Source: Phoronis australis
Taxonomy: Eukaryota; Animalia; Phoronida
Assembly (NCBI GenBank): GCA_002633005.1
Contig: NMRA01000298.1
Span: forward strand, 6,603-70,602
Length of the DNA stretch: 64,000 nt
Direction of reading: 5' to 3'
Shown here: positions 39,310 through 53,967 of the stretch, one piece after another
Layout of the letters: the number at the start of each line of letters is the position of its first letter
Position numbering within the stretch: position 1 is the first letter of the stretch
The notes under the pieces: generated by a model
Seen by the model: the letters and a program-made list of their open reading frames with translations, nothing else
Told to the model about the DNA's origin: nothing
The model's database searches: none
Position numbers and translations under genes: made by a program

Positions 39310-39934
39310 GAGGCTACTCCCCATTCTAGCCAAGCGCATTCCGTTTCCATGCATCGGTGACGGTAAAATCTGCTCTAGTAACATGTACATGTATCAGTTG
39401 GTCGCTGACATTGTTCCTAAAACAAATATTTTCAGTCAACAACATATTGACAAATTGTATAAAATAAAGCAATTTTGAACGGGAAGATGCGAATACGTGG
39501 TGAAGAGGTGTTTGTCTCTACGCGGCATTTGTGCGTGAATCTTTGGTAAAGCGAATGCGATGTCGAAAAAATGAAAGCAAATACACCAAGGTGAAGCAAA
39601 GCGTCTGGTGATGTTTATTGCGCATGATCTGGCCTCTTTAGGTAGTAAGTGACACTGATTGATATCTGACAAATATGGCTCCAAAATAAAAATATCACGC
39701 TTGTATTGCCCCCCTCCCCCTTCTCCCCGAGTTCTGCACCTTCCAATGAGTCACCACGCCAGATTTGGTTCAGTTTCAGTCCTAAAATCACAGAATCATT
39801 CTGTGGTCAGGTGTAACAAGACCTACAATTTTTTGGAACCGTGCTCAATCTTAAAAAAACTTCCATTACGCGAGTGCTTTGTTAGAAATGCCAAACACAT
39901 GCAGCGTTCTAACACAAAGACGTTTTCGTTTCCT

Positions 39935-40535
39935 TTCTGACGTTTCAATTTACGTTTAGCAAATATAAGAGACGAAACGTGATGTAATTACAGAAATTCA
40001 TGAGCAGTAATAGAATGGCTAGGACGGTATTTGACTGGAAATCTCTGGTACAACACTTCGGGGCGGCAGGTGGCACCAGTGGATTATTAATTAAAATGTG
40101 TTTGCCTGACTTACTTGAATGNTTTTGTTTATTGAAATACCTTTAAGCAATCATTAGTTTTAGCAGAATTATTAAAGTTTGACTTGTGGCAATATTTCGT
40201 GGCGTTTTAAGACACAAGTTCATGTTGACGTCATTCAACATTTAACTCCAAAATCCAACTGCGCCAACGCCACGGATATTTGTCAAGTTTGATTTATGTA
40301 ATCCCCCTCTTATTGCAACAACTAACTACACATGGTTTCTAGAAGGTTCTGATGTTTCGATTTACGTTTAGCAATTATAAGAGACGAAACGTGATGTAAT
40401 TACAGAAATTCACAAGCAGTAATAAAATGGCTGCGGAACGGGATTAAACTGGAAACCTCTGGTATAACACTTCGGGGCGGCAGGTGGCACCAGTGGATTA
40501 GTAATTAAACTGTATTTGCCTGACTTACTTGAATG
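39935..40535 (+). repeat. ~187-bp direct repeat pair (39935-40121 and 40347-40535)
   Basis: Both contain TTTACGTTTAGCAA.TATAAGAGACGAAACGTGATGTAATTACAGAAATTCA...ACACTTCGGGGCGGCAGGTGGCACCAGTGGATTA. Confidence 0.92.
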
Positions 40536-41569
40536 TAATATTTCTGATGCTAAGATGTTTATTTCCGATCACCACGAGTTGTTGTGTCGCCTCTCGAGTC
40601 CCCCCCTCCTTCCCAGTGTCCAAGGGGGCCATGTCCCCCCTAAAATTCTTTCAGATTAAATTTGGTAATTCGGGGTGTAAGTGTCTGACGGGCAAATTCC
40701 TGGATAATTCTCTGCCCCGCTCCCCAACTCAAAATCCTGGATCTGCCCCTGGTCATGGTTTTGCAGTACTAGCTGGAGCATAGAACAGGCATGACGTAGT
40801 ACGTTTTCTTTGAGTAGACTTGAGTACGTGGGGCGGAAGTTAAATAAAGTGATTAACTGGAACCAGTCTTCAGTCTAACGTCGCACCGAAAGCTACTAAA
40901 CACCGGTCAGCGATAACCTGTGTCGGTCCGTCCACGGAGTAAACCGCGTGTTCATTATAAAATTTGCAGCAAACAGATGCCTGCCGACTGAGTACGTTTT
41001 ATGAATAAAACGCATAAAAAGACGAATATAGACGCCAAACCCATATTAAAACCGCATTTTTTGTTTTCTCTTTTCATTCTTTTATTCATATCATGACTAA
41101 AGTGCAATGAACGCAAGTTTTTCATAAGCTCATTCGTTCACACATTCCGATGAGAAAACCAACCAGTTTCCTATCTTAAGAGTGCAGTGCACTTCAGACA
41201 AGACAAAAAGTCATAAGTGCGTGATATACCCTATGTCACTGATTTGGATCGTACTATGCGTTGAAGTTTACTTGCTTATGTCATATTACTAAAATGTAGT
41301 TTAATACAATTTCTACTCTGATAAATAGTTTAAAAGTCGGGCACATCAATTTTCGCTCACAATTAGTGTCAAATTTTAACATGAAATCTCATTTTTGTAG
41401 TATTTGTAAAAAGTATAGAAGCTGCTGGACAGTGAAATAGTTTGTGTTATGGATTCACTCATCCATGGTCTCAGTAATAATAATAAATAGAAATTGGAAA
41501 AATTGCCTGAAATTTCTGAGGATAATTAACGGGGCCAAAAATGCATAAACACAAAAAACTGATAGCAAT

Positions 41570-42000
41570 TCTGTACCCAGCATTGTAAACAACAATTTCT
41601 GGGAATAGCATTTCAAGCATTTTTTCATGGCGATCCTTGGAAAGAACGCAAACTGAAAGACGACTATTGTAATGTCAGTTGAATTGAATGAAGTCAACAT
41701 TGTGTAGTACAAGAGAACGTTTGTATACATGTGTATTTATCGGATAACGATTCTTTACCCTGCATTGCGAACAACAACTCCGAGGCACAGTTTTCAAGCA
41801 TTTTTTTATGACGATTCTTGGAAAGAGTGTACTAATCTGAAAAGCGACTGTTATGATGTCGGTTGAATTAAATGTAACAAACCTTGCATGTATTTATCTG
41901 ATAACGATTCTTTACTCTGCAATGAGAACAACAATGTCGAGACATAGTTTTCCATGCATAATTTCATGACGATTCCTGGAAAGAACGCAAACTGACACGC
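41570..42000 (+). repeat. Diverged tandem repeat, 160-180-bp unit, about 2.5 copies
   Basis: AACAACAA...TTTCAAGCATTTTT...CGAT.C.TGGAAAGA recurs at ~41588, 41770 and 41927. Confidence 0.8.
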
Positions 42001-43889
42001 TTCAGCACTCAGTAACAGTAGCATAGAATATGCATTTGAAAACTGCACTCGTCAGATATTGTCACTCTACAGGAATTGTTTGAATGCATTATAGATGACT
42101 TTTATTCGCCGTTACTTTGGAAATAAGTATGTACGTGATCTAGTTTTTGAAATCAGCCACATTTTCGTGTCTCTCATTAATGTCAGGAAGGCAAAGAATT
42201 TTAGATCACGCATCGACGGGTATTTGTCCTGTTTATGAAACGTTTTCACGCCGGTGTTGCAACCCACAACACAACATTTAATACTTCGTTAGCATAGGAA
42301 GAACGAATAGAGTAATGCAACCGAGAAAAACTTGTTAAGAATTAGACAACAACAAATAACATGTGAAACTCCAGTGGCTCGAAAACGAGGCAGCAAATGT
42401 GCCTGACGAATGTTTACGGCATTTTGGGTAAATTCAGCGACATTCGAGTAACACTGTGTTATCCAGGACGGCGCTATTGCCATGAATCTCAAGCATATAG
42501 TACTAACGGTATGTTTTTAATTGTGCTAGTTACGTATGCTTCGACCGTACAGTTAATAGCAGAGAGTGATCGAGAAACAATCTTAATAAACTTCAGCACG
42601 TGCATTATACTCACGTAAATAACCCCGGCATAAATCCTGAAGGTTACTGGAGTGATAAGCCTACGCTGACTTATTCAGTTCTAGCAGTCGCGTTATTTTG
42701 AACTCGGGAGACGATTTGTGTGGGATAAAATATTGCCTTTCGTTATTCGTAGGATTCACAAAGGATTGTAGGTGATACTCAAACATTAAAGTAAGGCCGA
42801 AAGTTATTTTTAGAAATGCCATTGCTTGCGAGAACGCCTGTTAGCTGTCTCGGAGGTTTTCGGATGTAGCGCAGCATAGAAAACTCTGAAAAAAGTTACC
42901 CAGCTACTTTGAAATTTGAACATACATCTAAGCCGAGGGCAGAGATTTCATCGCGTGCTTCTCCCGGAGCCAGTTCTAAATGTAGTCTTGTCTTTTAGTA
43001 GGGCCTTTTCATCCGCGATAATTCCACGTTTCAAACACTCCCTGACGCCTTTCTATGCGAGGCTAACTAATTTTATAAGCACCTCCTCGTGATGGTCACG
43101 TGACACAACAACTCATTTCTCTGACTCCGGCAAGTGTGCAAAAAGCCCATTTTTGGTCCAGTTTCATAAAGTTTACGTAAGCAGTGAGGGATTTAAGGGG
43201 GGTGGGTGGACAAGGGGGCCAGGCCCCCCACCCCCTAAAATTCTCCCAGATTCCATTTGGCAGCTCGGGGTGCGAATGTCTGCCCTGGCCTGGTAATTTT
43301 GTAAATTTACTCGAACACGACAATAACGTACGTGCATTGGGTAAAAGGTTTTCGAACAATTAATGTGTGCGTTTGAAAACCGAAAAATTTCTGATATAAA
43401 ACAATAGTATATCTAATTCAAAGTTACCGATTGTTATGGAGCCTCTAATTTTACCACCCTTGTACACGCTTTGTCCTCGTGATTCCATCTGGTGTTAGTT
43501 TTCCAGAGTTAAGTAACACACTCCCGTGTCTTCTTAGCAATAAGCCGAACTGCGAGCTGTATCTCTCCTGCAATAAACCGCGCATTCTATCTGGCTTCTG
43601 ATGACTCTATGTTCCAATAGAATGATGGTTAAAACAAACTGGATGTATTCGACAAATCAGTTGAAAATCCAGGTCTTGAAAATGAGCAGGTAAGGATTGT
43701 TTCGGCAAGTAATGTTTCCGACATAGACCCGCAAACAAGGCAGGTGAAAATAGCTGTAACAAACGAGATAAGATACCATACACGTGCAGCCGTCTTGTTC
43801 TGGGCAATGAAGTATGAATGCTACTCTTGATGACATTTGGCAGATGTGCTCCTGTGAAGCTGATGACGAAAGACGACGACATTTGTACC

Positions 43890-45275
43890 TCCGTTTAGTC
43901 TTGTGCCCTCTAGTGACAATTTTAATTTCCTTCGCTTACCTCTGTATCTATGGAGATCCTCTACGGATTTTCGTAAAACTTGGCAGTTAAGCATCTATTA
44001 GTCAGATGATGACATCCTCTTGTTTCCGGGTAGATTCGAGGTATTTTCTGCCACATAGTGAGCATTTTTACTGTTTTCGAGCCTGTTTTATGGGTCAGCC
44101 GGTCTATCAACCAAACCGCTCTAGAGATGATTTTGAAAATTGACATATACATGTGCTTACTGTGAAGAGGAAAGCTGACGATGGTTTGCCGATTACTTCG
44201 ACTACTTTCACGCCTGCTAGTGGCTGTTTTGTTTGTTTTTGCGCCCATGGCTATATCTCCCTAAAGGATCTACAGGATGTTAATTGAATTTTGCTGTTGT
44301 GTTTACATGAAGTTGACAACAGAGGACAAAGAATTTCGGAGGGACCGGACAAACGGTGTGCCCCTAGTGGCAATTTCATTGCTTTTTACGTTTACCTCTG
44401 TATCTTAAACCGTCGTCAATGGATTTTCACAAAATTTGGTATACTTATAGGCATCTATTAATGATGAGACGGTCTCATCCGGTTTCGGTTAAATTCAATG
44501 CATTTTACGCCACTTTGTGGCCATTTCTACTGCCGGTTTTCCAGTCTGTTTTTTGGCATCCCCCCGCTGTCAATCAAACCACTCTAAGGATATTTCTGGA
44601 AATTGGCATGTAAGCATGATTTTCGTTAAATTTAGCAAGTGTATTTATACGAGCTCGACAACAAATGACGATGGTTGTCGTATGGTTCCGACTACCAGTG
44701 TGCACCCTAGTAACAATTTTAGTTTTTTTTTAATTTTAGCTCTATCTTCAACGATCCTGAACGGATTTTCAAAAAATTTAACAGTTATGTATCTATTTGC
44801 GAGTTAACGCTATCCTCAGGATTTCTGTTTGATTCGTGGTATTTTGCGCAACTTAGTGGTCATTTTTACTGTTTTCGTATTCTTATCGTTTGGCGTCTGC
44901 CCCTTTGCACACCAAACCACTCCAAGGATGCTTGTGAAAATTGGCATGTCTGTTCCTGATGTGAAGAAGAAGTCTGACGATTTTCCGACGGCTTGATATA
45001 CTGAAGTGCATTTCAGTCGCAGTTATATTTTTTGCGCCTATAGGCTCTTAGTGGAAATTTTAATTTTTCGATTTTGCTCTACTTCTCAGAAGTTCCTTTA
45101 CAGATTTATTGAAATTTGGTAAATAGCTTTGATGGCACATACAAGTTTGCGGATGGATTTTTCGTAGTTTGCGCCATCTTGTGGCCATTTTTATGTTCCA
45201 AATAAACACCTCTAGAAGCACAACGTTAGTGGTACATTCGTGGGCACCTTTCAATGCTGAGCGTTGCTCTTAGAT
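43890..45275 (+). repeat. Diverged internal satellite of an old Helentron-like non-autonomous element (related pieces at ~49950-50486)
   Basis: Recurring GTGC.C.CTAGT..CAATTT (43903, 44358, 44699) and CAAACC.CTC.A.GAT...GAAATTG.CAT (44107, 44571, 44909). Hairpin-like ends at ~45260 and ~50465-50486. Confidence 0.5.
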
Positions 45276-47644
45276 GATATCTGTATTTTTGAAACTGCTT
45301 GACAAATTTTGACTGCTACTGTGGTGCGCAATAGCAATTTATTTTTTAAATTTGGAATTTTAAAACTGATTTTCATGATCTTTGCGAATAGACTGCGGCA
45401 TTTTCCCACTTTCAGAGGTGTGTTTCATAATCACTCCTAAAATCCTACCATTTGCTATCGCAGGTACATTTTAAAACACCACGATACTCTTGTTTATATC
45501 GTTATTCTACAAAAAAATTGCATTGTATTACAGTGACCTTGGCTGATACAACATATGTAAATTCCTATGATGTTTTGTGATGCATCCGAATTGGTGTGGT
45601 TTGACAATATCTGTAATATTGCCAAAACCCGTTCCTGAAGAAAAAAAATCAATACTGATTTTCGCAATCCGTCGGTGACAGTGATGCTTTCAGGTTGGCA
45701 TGCCGTTAACAGACTCCTCCGATAAGTCTTGGTCATTTTTCATTCAAGGATTCGTTGAACTCACAGGTAGTTCTTATCGGCAGGTGCATAGGAATTTTAA
45801 CCACACATTCTTTGTGATGCCTGATCAGAATCCTTCTTGTAATTTTGGTCAAATAATATAACTGGCTACTGATTGGAGTTAATAATAATATTCAAGAGTT
45901 TTCAATCAAATTGTTTGTGTCAGTTTCCTAAAAAATGCGGTTTCATCACCTTCCATTTTCAGATCCTGCATACAGCTGACGAGTGATCAATGAATAAAAT
46001 TACGGATTTATCAAAGGAATTGGAAGACGCAGAAGAAAAACAAAAAAAAACAAAATCTTGCCACTCATTGAGGAGCAAGGTAGACCAATAAGAACTATGA
46101 ATAATATTCATAGGTAGCACTGGGCCTTTGTTTAAATTGACTTATTGTTCGAGATGAATTGAAAAGATAATTGAGGGATTGTTTACACGCCGCGTTACAC
46201 CATGAATAGACTAACGGCCCGGTCTGCCGCTTGAGTGAGACCGGTGATTAGGCTTTCCACAACTGACCGCTTCCTTAGCCTTTATTCAGTTTCACTGGGC
46301 TATGGCCAGTAGCCGTCAAACGTAATCTGAACCAGTGAAGACCTTATTGACGATGACGACGCTTTTTTACAAAGTAGTCCCTATATTTTTAAACCGGTCG
46401 CTGGATTTTTAAACTGGACGCTGGACTTTTAAACAGGACGCGAGACATTTAAACAGGAAGCGCGCTCGGCCAAACAGGACTCTGCGACACGTTAAAAGTG
46501 GTCGTGGAGAACACTGAATATTCTGTCTAGAAAGTGCCCACCAAAAAGCCCTAGAAATTAGCTTAATGCTCCTACTGGGAAGACAACAGCTGTCTTAGAT
46601 TATCATACAAAACTAATTAATTTGCCATCCGCTTTTGGCCATTTTTGGGAAAGCGGCCTTGTGTCCTTTGATACGCCGTTAAAGGTAACAATTTCGTAAA
46701 ATGTAACAGCTGATAATTTTACGTCATTGTTACATCTTACGTTGATAAGCCTATCCTAAAATGTAACAAGTTGTTACATTTCACTTCGAATGCCCATTAC
46801 GAAACCCACGTCATACTGCAAATGATCAAAATCTTGAACAATTGTTATCTGACACGGCCAGGGGGTACTGGAGTATTTTTACCTGAGGAGTGCCGCCTGA
46901 AAATTTTGAATACCTACCCCTTTAGAGAATGGGCACGAGCAAACAAGTGACACATTTAGGGACTAATTTGTGTAAAAATTCAAATTGTCGCAGACTTCTG
47001 TTCCATAAATTCAGGAGAGATATAATTTATTTAGATATAATTTTGTCGAAAATGGCACCAATTTGGAGAGTATGTTCTGTGAAAAAACACTCTTTTGAGC
47101 TGCACATGAATTTGGCTAACTATAATCACTTCTATTTGTATTATATTACTATAACTGCTTTTACTACCATTAATACTATTACTAATATTACTAATAGTAC
47201 TCGTTTTCGTTATCGTTATCATTATTATAATTAACATTTTAAATTAATTTATACTGATGTCACAATACACGTTTAGCAAAGTGCTAAAAACATCATGGTC
47301 CTCAAATAACTTAAAATCTTCTCATTTAGGGTTCAATGCGGTCATAGGGTTTTCCATAGTGGACGGCGAGTGCTGTTCCAAAATGACTTTAAAGGGGCTC
47401 CTATATTCAGCTTTGATATTGTGATGAACGTCTTGACAGCTGTGGATGCAGAGTAGGTCTACATTTTGGAAACGATGTATCTGTTTAAGCGTGGTGAACC
47501 AACTTCAAAAAATGATTATTTCTGAACTATCGTCAAGCACTGTATTATTTGTAAATCTACATGTAACTATGTCCATCTGTAGTTTGCCACGAAGAACTGA
47601 AATCAGCCCGCAATATTGTCTCTGACTTGTTAAAAGCATTCCTG

Positions 47645-48025
47645 GGCCCGGTCTCCAATCTTTTTACTCGAAATGGAACTCGAAATTAGGTTTGGCATTT
47701 TCCACTCTACTTTTGGGCGAACTCAAGATAAGTGTCTATTATTCTATGCTTGAGTACACATTAACTTACGTAGATAATTTGTTGCCCTTAGGTCACAGTT
47801 TGTAAACCCAATATTAAAGCAATAAGTTCGAGTTTTTACTCGAGTTTATAGCACGAATATAAGGGTCTTCAAGGGCAAACTTGAACTAGAAACTCCTATG
47901 CATAAACTATAATGTATTTGAGCACATTCTGACAACCAGTTATGTTATGTTCGCACAAAAGGAGTAGAGAAATTGCCAAACATAATTTCGAGTTCGTTTC
48001 CAGTACAAAGATTAGAGACCGGGCC
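47645..48025. mobile_element. PIF/Harbinger-like MITE
   Basis: TIRs GGCCCGGTCTC..ATCTTT and AAAGAT..GAGACCGGGCC, 3-bp TSD CTG on both sides, internal AACTCGAA/TTCGAGTT repeats. Confidence 0.82.
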
Positions 48026-48577
48026 CTGGTTAGAGAACTGTATGTTGTTCCACGACGATTTGCAAGTTCAAAAATTGGGTTAAGTTGAATTCTGGAGGCG
48101 GACATTTTTCGAGAACTTACGACTAGTCGACTGCGTTCACCGGGTCATTAGATTATCTGGTAACGGACATACAAAACACGTAACGATTTTATGTGGAATG
48201 TGTCCCAATATCTTTAGGAAAGCACAGTGATTTAACAGCATGATTTGAACTAGGTTTCATTGAAAGTGGACTGCATGGAACAAAGCCCACCAACGTCGAA
48301 GTCAGCATTGTTTAATATGAGCAATTAATGAAATTCATCAAAAATATAGATATCCCAAATTCCTTATTTGGTAGCTGCAACAATAAAGTGGCGCTTCATG
48401 AGACACGTGACTTCACGTCCATTAAAAATACAATGACCAAATTCTGTCCTTCTTTATGTGTACTTCGAACCAACAACCATTGACAAAAAGCACTTTTAAT
48501 TCACACTTTATCTTAAACGATAATGGGAAAACAAACTGCATGTTTTTATTTACCGAGAATTAAAAAAAATAATTGCA

Positions 48578-48798
48578 GGCGGTCTGATACACGTTGTACC
48601 AGACGTGCGCAGGCTTCGCATGTGGGCCAATGGAATGATCACCTGAACATATTTATATGCTTTATTGATATATGGTTAAAACCGAGCTGAGGGGCTAGAA
48701 ACCTGGCTCAAGGGTTTAGCAGTGTGACCTGGTGGAATTTGAACCCCCGACCTCGAGTAAAGAAAGCAGGCACTTATCAACCAGGCCACACTGCCTCC
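48578..48798 (-). mobile_element. tRNA-derived SINE (copy 2)
   Basis: A box TGGCCTGGTTG and B box GTTCAAATTCC. Shares CGGTTTTAAC..ATAAAGCATA..CAGGTGATCA with 7880-8103. Confidence 0.75.
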
Positions 48799-51700
48799 TT
48801 TATTTACCAAAAGGAAGACAGTCAGTTTTTTGGACTGTTACCCATAGACCAGATTTGAGCAAAATGTTCATGTCCCTTCAGAGTGCGAAATAGTTTCTAT
48901 TTCCCCAGCTGGGCATCGCATTTATACGTAATACTATACACGTCACGGTTTGACATGTTGATACCACAACTATTTCAGACAAGCTTGTCATCATAAAAGC
49001 AATGATATTTCTTTCGTTTCTATGCCGACTCTTTTTAAGATAATTGCTCGCCCTTCTCAAAGGTGATATTTTGCTGTTGCTTTTTCAAAATCTGTCAGCC
49101 TGCAGGCAAATAAATGCGTGCTTTTATTGCCTTCCACAACAATGTGTTTAAGAAATTGTCATTCGTAACTAGGGTCGTAGACAGTACCCGCCGGCATCAG
49201 AAACTTTGGTTTTGCTCTTTTTTGTGAAGCAGGATAGCTACTGCATTAGTGATGAACTCCAAACGAATAAAACACCGGTCTAAATAAACCAAACTATCGT
49301 GGATCAAAATTGACAGGTGTTTTTTTTTCCAACATATTGGCTTCCGAAATGGAATTCTCCATTAGCAAAACTATCATTGTCGTTCGTTCTCTAAGAAACA
49401 CGATACGTATTAGCCAAAGACGATGTCATTGTTGTTCTTACCGAGGGAAATGTCTTTACTGTAATGTCGGATACACAATTGGTTTATGAGCGCCAACAAA
49501 AGATTGCAAGAACGCTTTAATGGTAAGAAACGTGTTGCCCAATCCTGGAATCTCCTTTCCTGTGAAGTTGAAACTATGCTCTGTACATATTTTACCATAC
49601 CATCGAAACTACTCATGTTAAAAAAACGATGGAAAGTACATAGGGAGACATATATAAAGTCGGCCTGGCACACTTGGTAGAATTTCATTCACACATTCCG
49701 AGATAGAAGGCGTTTAGTGTGTCTACGGTTTTCCTACCTGAGACAATTGCCACGCATGGAATATGACGTCGCTTTCGTAAAATGTAACCATGGTTCATTT
49801 CTCGTTTTGCATTCGACGTAAATTGTAACACTTTCATAAAATATAACTACTTGTTACATTTTAGAAGGAGCCCAGCAACGTAAAATATGACAATGACATA
49901 AAATGCAGCAATTGTTACATTTTACGAAATTGTTACATTTTACGGCGTACCAGTCCATAACCCCTTGCAGGATCACTTTAAAAATTGTTATCCTTTTTAT
50001 ATACATGTAGAGAGTGTAACTGGTTATGGCAAATTTTGCATCGGAAGCTTTTCTATCTGTCTCTCTGCCTTCCAAACTGTTCCAAAAATCTCTATGAAAA
50101 TTGACATGTTCATGTGATGAAGACCCTAGTTGACTTGTTTTTAAATGGGCCTAGTGATTATGGTGCCCTTATGCCATACAACTTATTTTGCAACAATTTT
50201 AACTCTGATCAACACCCCTAGAAACACATCGTTTAGAATGCAGACGTAGAGGCATTTCAGTATCGTCTTTTATTGCTTCAGGCTGTCAAACCTTCCAAAC
50301 GGCTACGAGAAAAATGAAAATTGGCATCGATGTTCTTGTGGAGAACACTGTAGCCAACATTTTTATTTGAAAGAGCGATAACTTTTATGTCCTCGAGTGG
50401 TATTGAATATATTTTGAACTGGTCTTAACACCCCCAGAAACATGCCATTGACGGTGGAGACGTGGACGAATGTCAACGTCCTGGTTCTTGGGTTTTGATA
50501 ATTTTTAAGTTATGATCTAAATTCTCAAAATAAATCGCCATATTAAAATGTTAATTTCACATTATTGTATCGATCAAGGCTTAGAAATTGGTAGAATTTA
50601 TATATTAGTGTTTAAATACTTTTAACTTCTCAAGGGGATTTATATGCATGGAATTCAAAGTATTGGTGTAAGAACCGGTGTTTAATGAAAAATCAGTGTT
50701 GTTCATTTCCGCTTGGTTTTCATGTTGATGTTTTTTCTGTAGTTGCTATTTTTAAATTATAGTTGCTGTGGAACTATTGGAATGTTTTAATGATAGTTTT
50801 TCGCGGTTTATTAGTTTAAAAATTTCCTTGTACACTGTACATATTGAGTTATCCATTACTGGGTGGAGACAGCATACATGTGACATCTATTTACTTTTTC
50901 ACGAAATTTACCTTTGACCATTACATTTGTTTATCTTTCATGTCCTTGTTTTCTATAGATTTCAGTCGACGTGTTAGGCCTTCTTTTATATGTTTATTGA
51001 TTTAGTCACACTGATAACGTATTGTATTTCCATACCTGTATGTAGCAGCTTCACTCTATAATCCTCCCAGCGGCCTCTATTGTTAAGTCTTCACTTGTAT
51101 TTACAAACATCCCAGCCCTAGCTTCTTCCCCAGTGGTTAGTTTTGTATTTGGCGCACATTCTGATAGGTGGAATAGGTTCACTTTCCAGTCATATGTATT
51201 TAATATGTCATACCCATCACCTATTTTCTCTACGAACCACCTCATCCGGAACACATTTTTTTTCTCTAAGAACCACCTCGATCGAGTTTTATCCTTGTAC
51301 AAAAAAACCACAAGTACAGCTTTCAGTATAGGGCGTAACTATGTTTCCCAGTGTCGTTAGCTTGCACGTCTCTGGGTGTGATTGCAAACTTCCTTTGATG
51401 TGTGGTCATAACTCAACTTACATGTTGAAGGTTACGCTGCTCAAGTGCGTTACACTGAGAGAGCATAACACTCTTGCATTACACGGGTTGTTCACTACTA
51501 GATTTACATGTCTTTGGGCGAATACAAGCCATATTATGCAGTTAAAATATGCAAGTTCCGTAGGCTTTGATCGGTCAAAAAGAAAAAAATGAACGTACAT
51601 GTAGTTTTCTCATGTTTATGTCTATGCTAATAGAACCATTGAACTTACCCAACTATGAGAAACTGTTATTTTCTTATTGGTTAAAAACATTGTTGGTAAG

Positions 51701-53421
51701 CTCTGTGGCATTTTGTCTTATGTTCGTGTATATTGGGTTACATTATAAAGTACATCACGAACAAATATTTCAGTTTTTCATGAAAACAATTGCCACCAAC
51801 ATGAGGACACATCACCCCCATTTAGGTAGGTTGCAGAAAATGTCGCTACAGTGAACACTGTCATTAATGACATTGTTAAATTTCATGCATTCACAGTCTG
51901 TAAACTTTGTTTCACCAAGTTAGAGGATTATAAGATATTAAACTGTACTACCATGTTTAATTTCCGTGACAACGTTGGTGGATCATTGTCTGAGTGCAGT
52001 TGAGCAGACAGAATCTCTTGCAATTTGCTATTTTACTGGGAGTGATGAGATTATTTGGGATTAGTACCATGTTTAATATAAATATATAAATACTGGAAAT
52101 TGTTTAAAGCTGATGTGTGTGGCCTATGGCTGTCCTGTTTCTAAAGATAAACCCGGTGTTATACTATGTTCTTATATTGAAACCCGTGGCAGATTTAGAA
52201 GGGTGTCATGGCCACCACCAAATTTCTCCTAGATTCCAGGTGTCAGTTTTGGGGATGAGAATGTCTGACGGCCAAAATCCTGTGCCCTGGCCCCCCAACT
52301 CAGAATCCGATATCCGCCCATGGAAATTTTTCAATGTTTCTTCAATGACTATAAATATTGAGGCATAGCTTTATAGGTATATTTGATTTGTACGAAACTG
52401 TTGCTGTACCAAAGAGTGGATCTGTACAGGAAGACTTTCTTAAGTGGGGGTGAAAAGGTACCTGTTACGGTCCCCTGCCTTTTCGCTCGACAGTATCATC
52501 CAAATTTAACACAGAATAATCATTGGCTCAGAATTCGAACATTTTCCTGGGAATTTTTGAGTGAGTGGTATTAGCACTCCCTCCAGATTTCCACTTCCTA
52601 CACATTGCGTAGTTTTTGTGTTTTCGTACCATGCCATAAACATCTAAAGCTATTGCATACTGTAGCTTTTGGGTTGAGATTCAGTGGTTGCTGTGTCGTG
52701 GCAGTTTATATCTCATTGAGACATTTCATCAAAGTAAGATTTATTTGGAGGCGTTAATGCCGAATTATTGCTAGCCTTTTTAAATTTCCCACCGAAACAC
52801 TACCTATTCAGAGAGTCCCACTGCATAATGAGAGGGCAGGAGATTCAGTCTCGACCTCAGACATTGGCCCAGATTCAAAACTTTTTTTTTTATGTAACAG
52901 CCTTACTGTTCAATGTGTTCGCTTCAAGCAAACAAACTGGAATCCAATGAGGTAGACCAATTCTTCCATTTACCTAGGTAAATCATAAGTTTAACTGATG
53001 TTGAGTTTCGAGGTTTATAATGTAGTCGTAGTTAAACTACATGTATGCTTGTCAAGACCATGTTACCATAAGTATCCAGATTGATGAGCATCAATGAATG
53101 CTGCTCGCTGTGTCAATTATTCACCCATCTGAAACAACAGAAGTCTATTCATGGAATGCCAACTTAAATTTGAAGCCGCTGAGGTTGCGCTGCGATTGCA
53201 TTCGTTTGTTTCGATGTTTGATCTTTCTATGGAATTTGTCACTACACCTTTTTGCAACTCATCCAAATTACACAGGCCTTAAGGCTAGTCCCTGAGTTAC
53301 AAGTTTTAATAATAGAATACATAGGTCACGTGCAGGAATTGGCATTCCAGGGTTAAGACAACTGTTGATATCTACAAATGGATGAAACTATTAAAAAAAT
53401 CCATGGATCTCAAAGTCCTCC

Positions 53422-53773
53422 TCATTTCCTGGTAAAGAGAAGAAAGCTCTGATGCAGGCTAGTGCGCATGCTGTGATGACAACACGACAGTTGTCCTAAG
53501 TGACTGTTTACCCAACTTTGGAACTGTATGTAGGCCACGTGTCGCATCCTTTTATCCAAGGGTCTGTCATAGCCGTCAGGATATTGACTTTTGTATTGTA
53601 GCCATGCAGTCTCCAAAATATCATGATTGATGTATACATGTTTAAAACCCCCATTCTCCACAATATTTTTTTCTTCTATGTAAGTTGTCGCGTTGCAATA
53701 ACCTTGTCGACCTCTTGACAACATACTCTTTCTTCAACTACTTCGGTTTTTCTGACAGTTGCCTTAGGTGCGC
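53422..53773 (-). pseudogene. P2X7 ballast-like Zn-binding domain (KolX/nanor-like) exon, disrupted
   Basis: After the acceptor cttgcag come a decayed C.CGNC (T*GNC) and EERVCCQEVDKV. After a frameshift, GFKHVYINHDILETAWLQYKSQY...KRMRHVAYIQFQSWVNSHLG matches the F..VCLN..VLE.A..QY...YRH.AYRQF..W....LG pattern. Confidence 0.75.
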
Positions 53774-53967
53774 CTGCAAGATGTGTCAATAAAAATACAT
53801 TACTTCAGTAAACATCAAAATTTCGAATTGAAAAAATTTCAGAGAGTGTCAAATATTTTCATTGTTGTCGTAATGCAAATACAATAAAGCCAAATAGTAT
53901 AAACATTCACGCGCACAGTCACGCTCACATTCATACACAGGGGGGCATTGGTTGTATGTAGTATAAA

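Larger units (their letters stand above)
46674..49947. mobile_element. Inverted-repeat pair (TGTAACA-rich TIR-like ends) flanked by TA
   Basis: TA|CGCCGTTAAAGGTAACAATTTCGTAAAATGTAACA at 46672 and its near-perfect reverse complement TGTTACATTTTACGAAATTGTTACATTTTACGGCG|TA ending at 49949. Confidence 0.6.

Noticed and set aside
51051-51311. 86-aa ORF with RWF motifs as a CTHRC1 relic
   Set aside because: The doubled RWF comes from a short local duplication (GAACCACCTC), and the FNG.EC spacing is absent.
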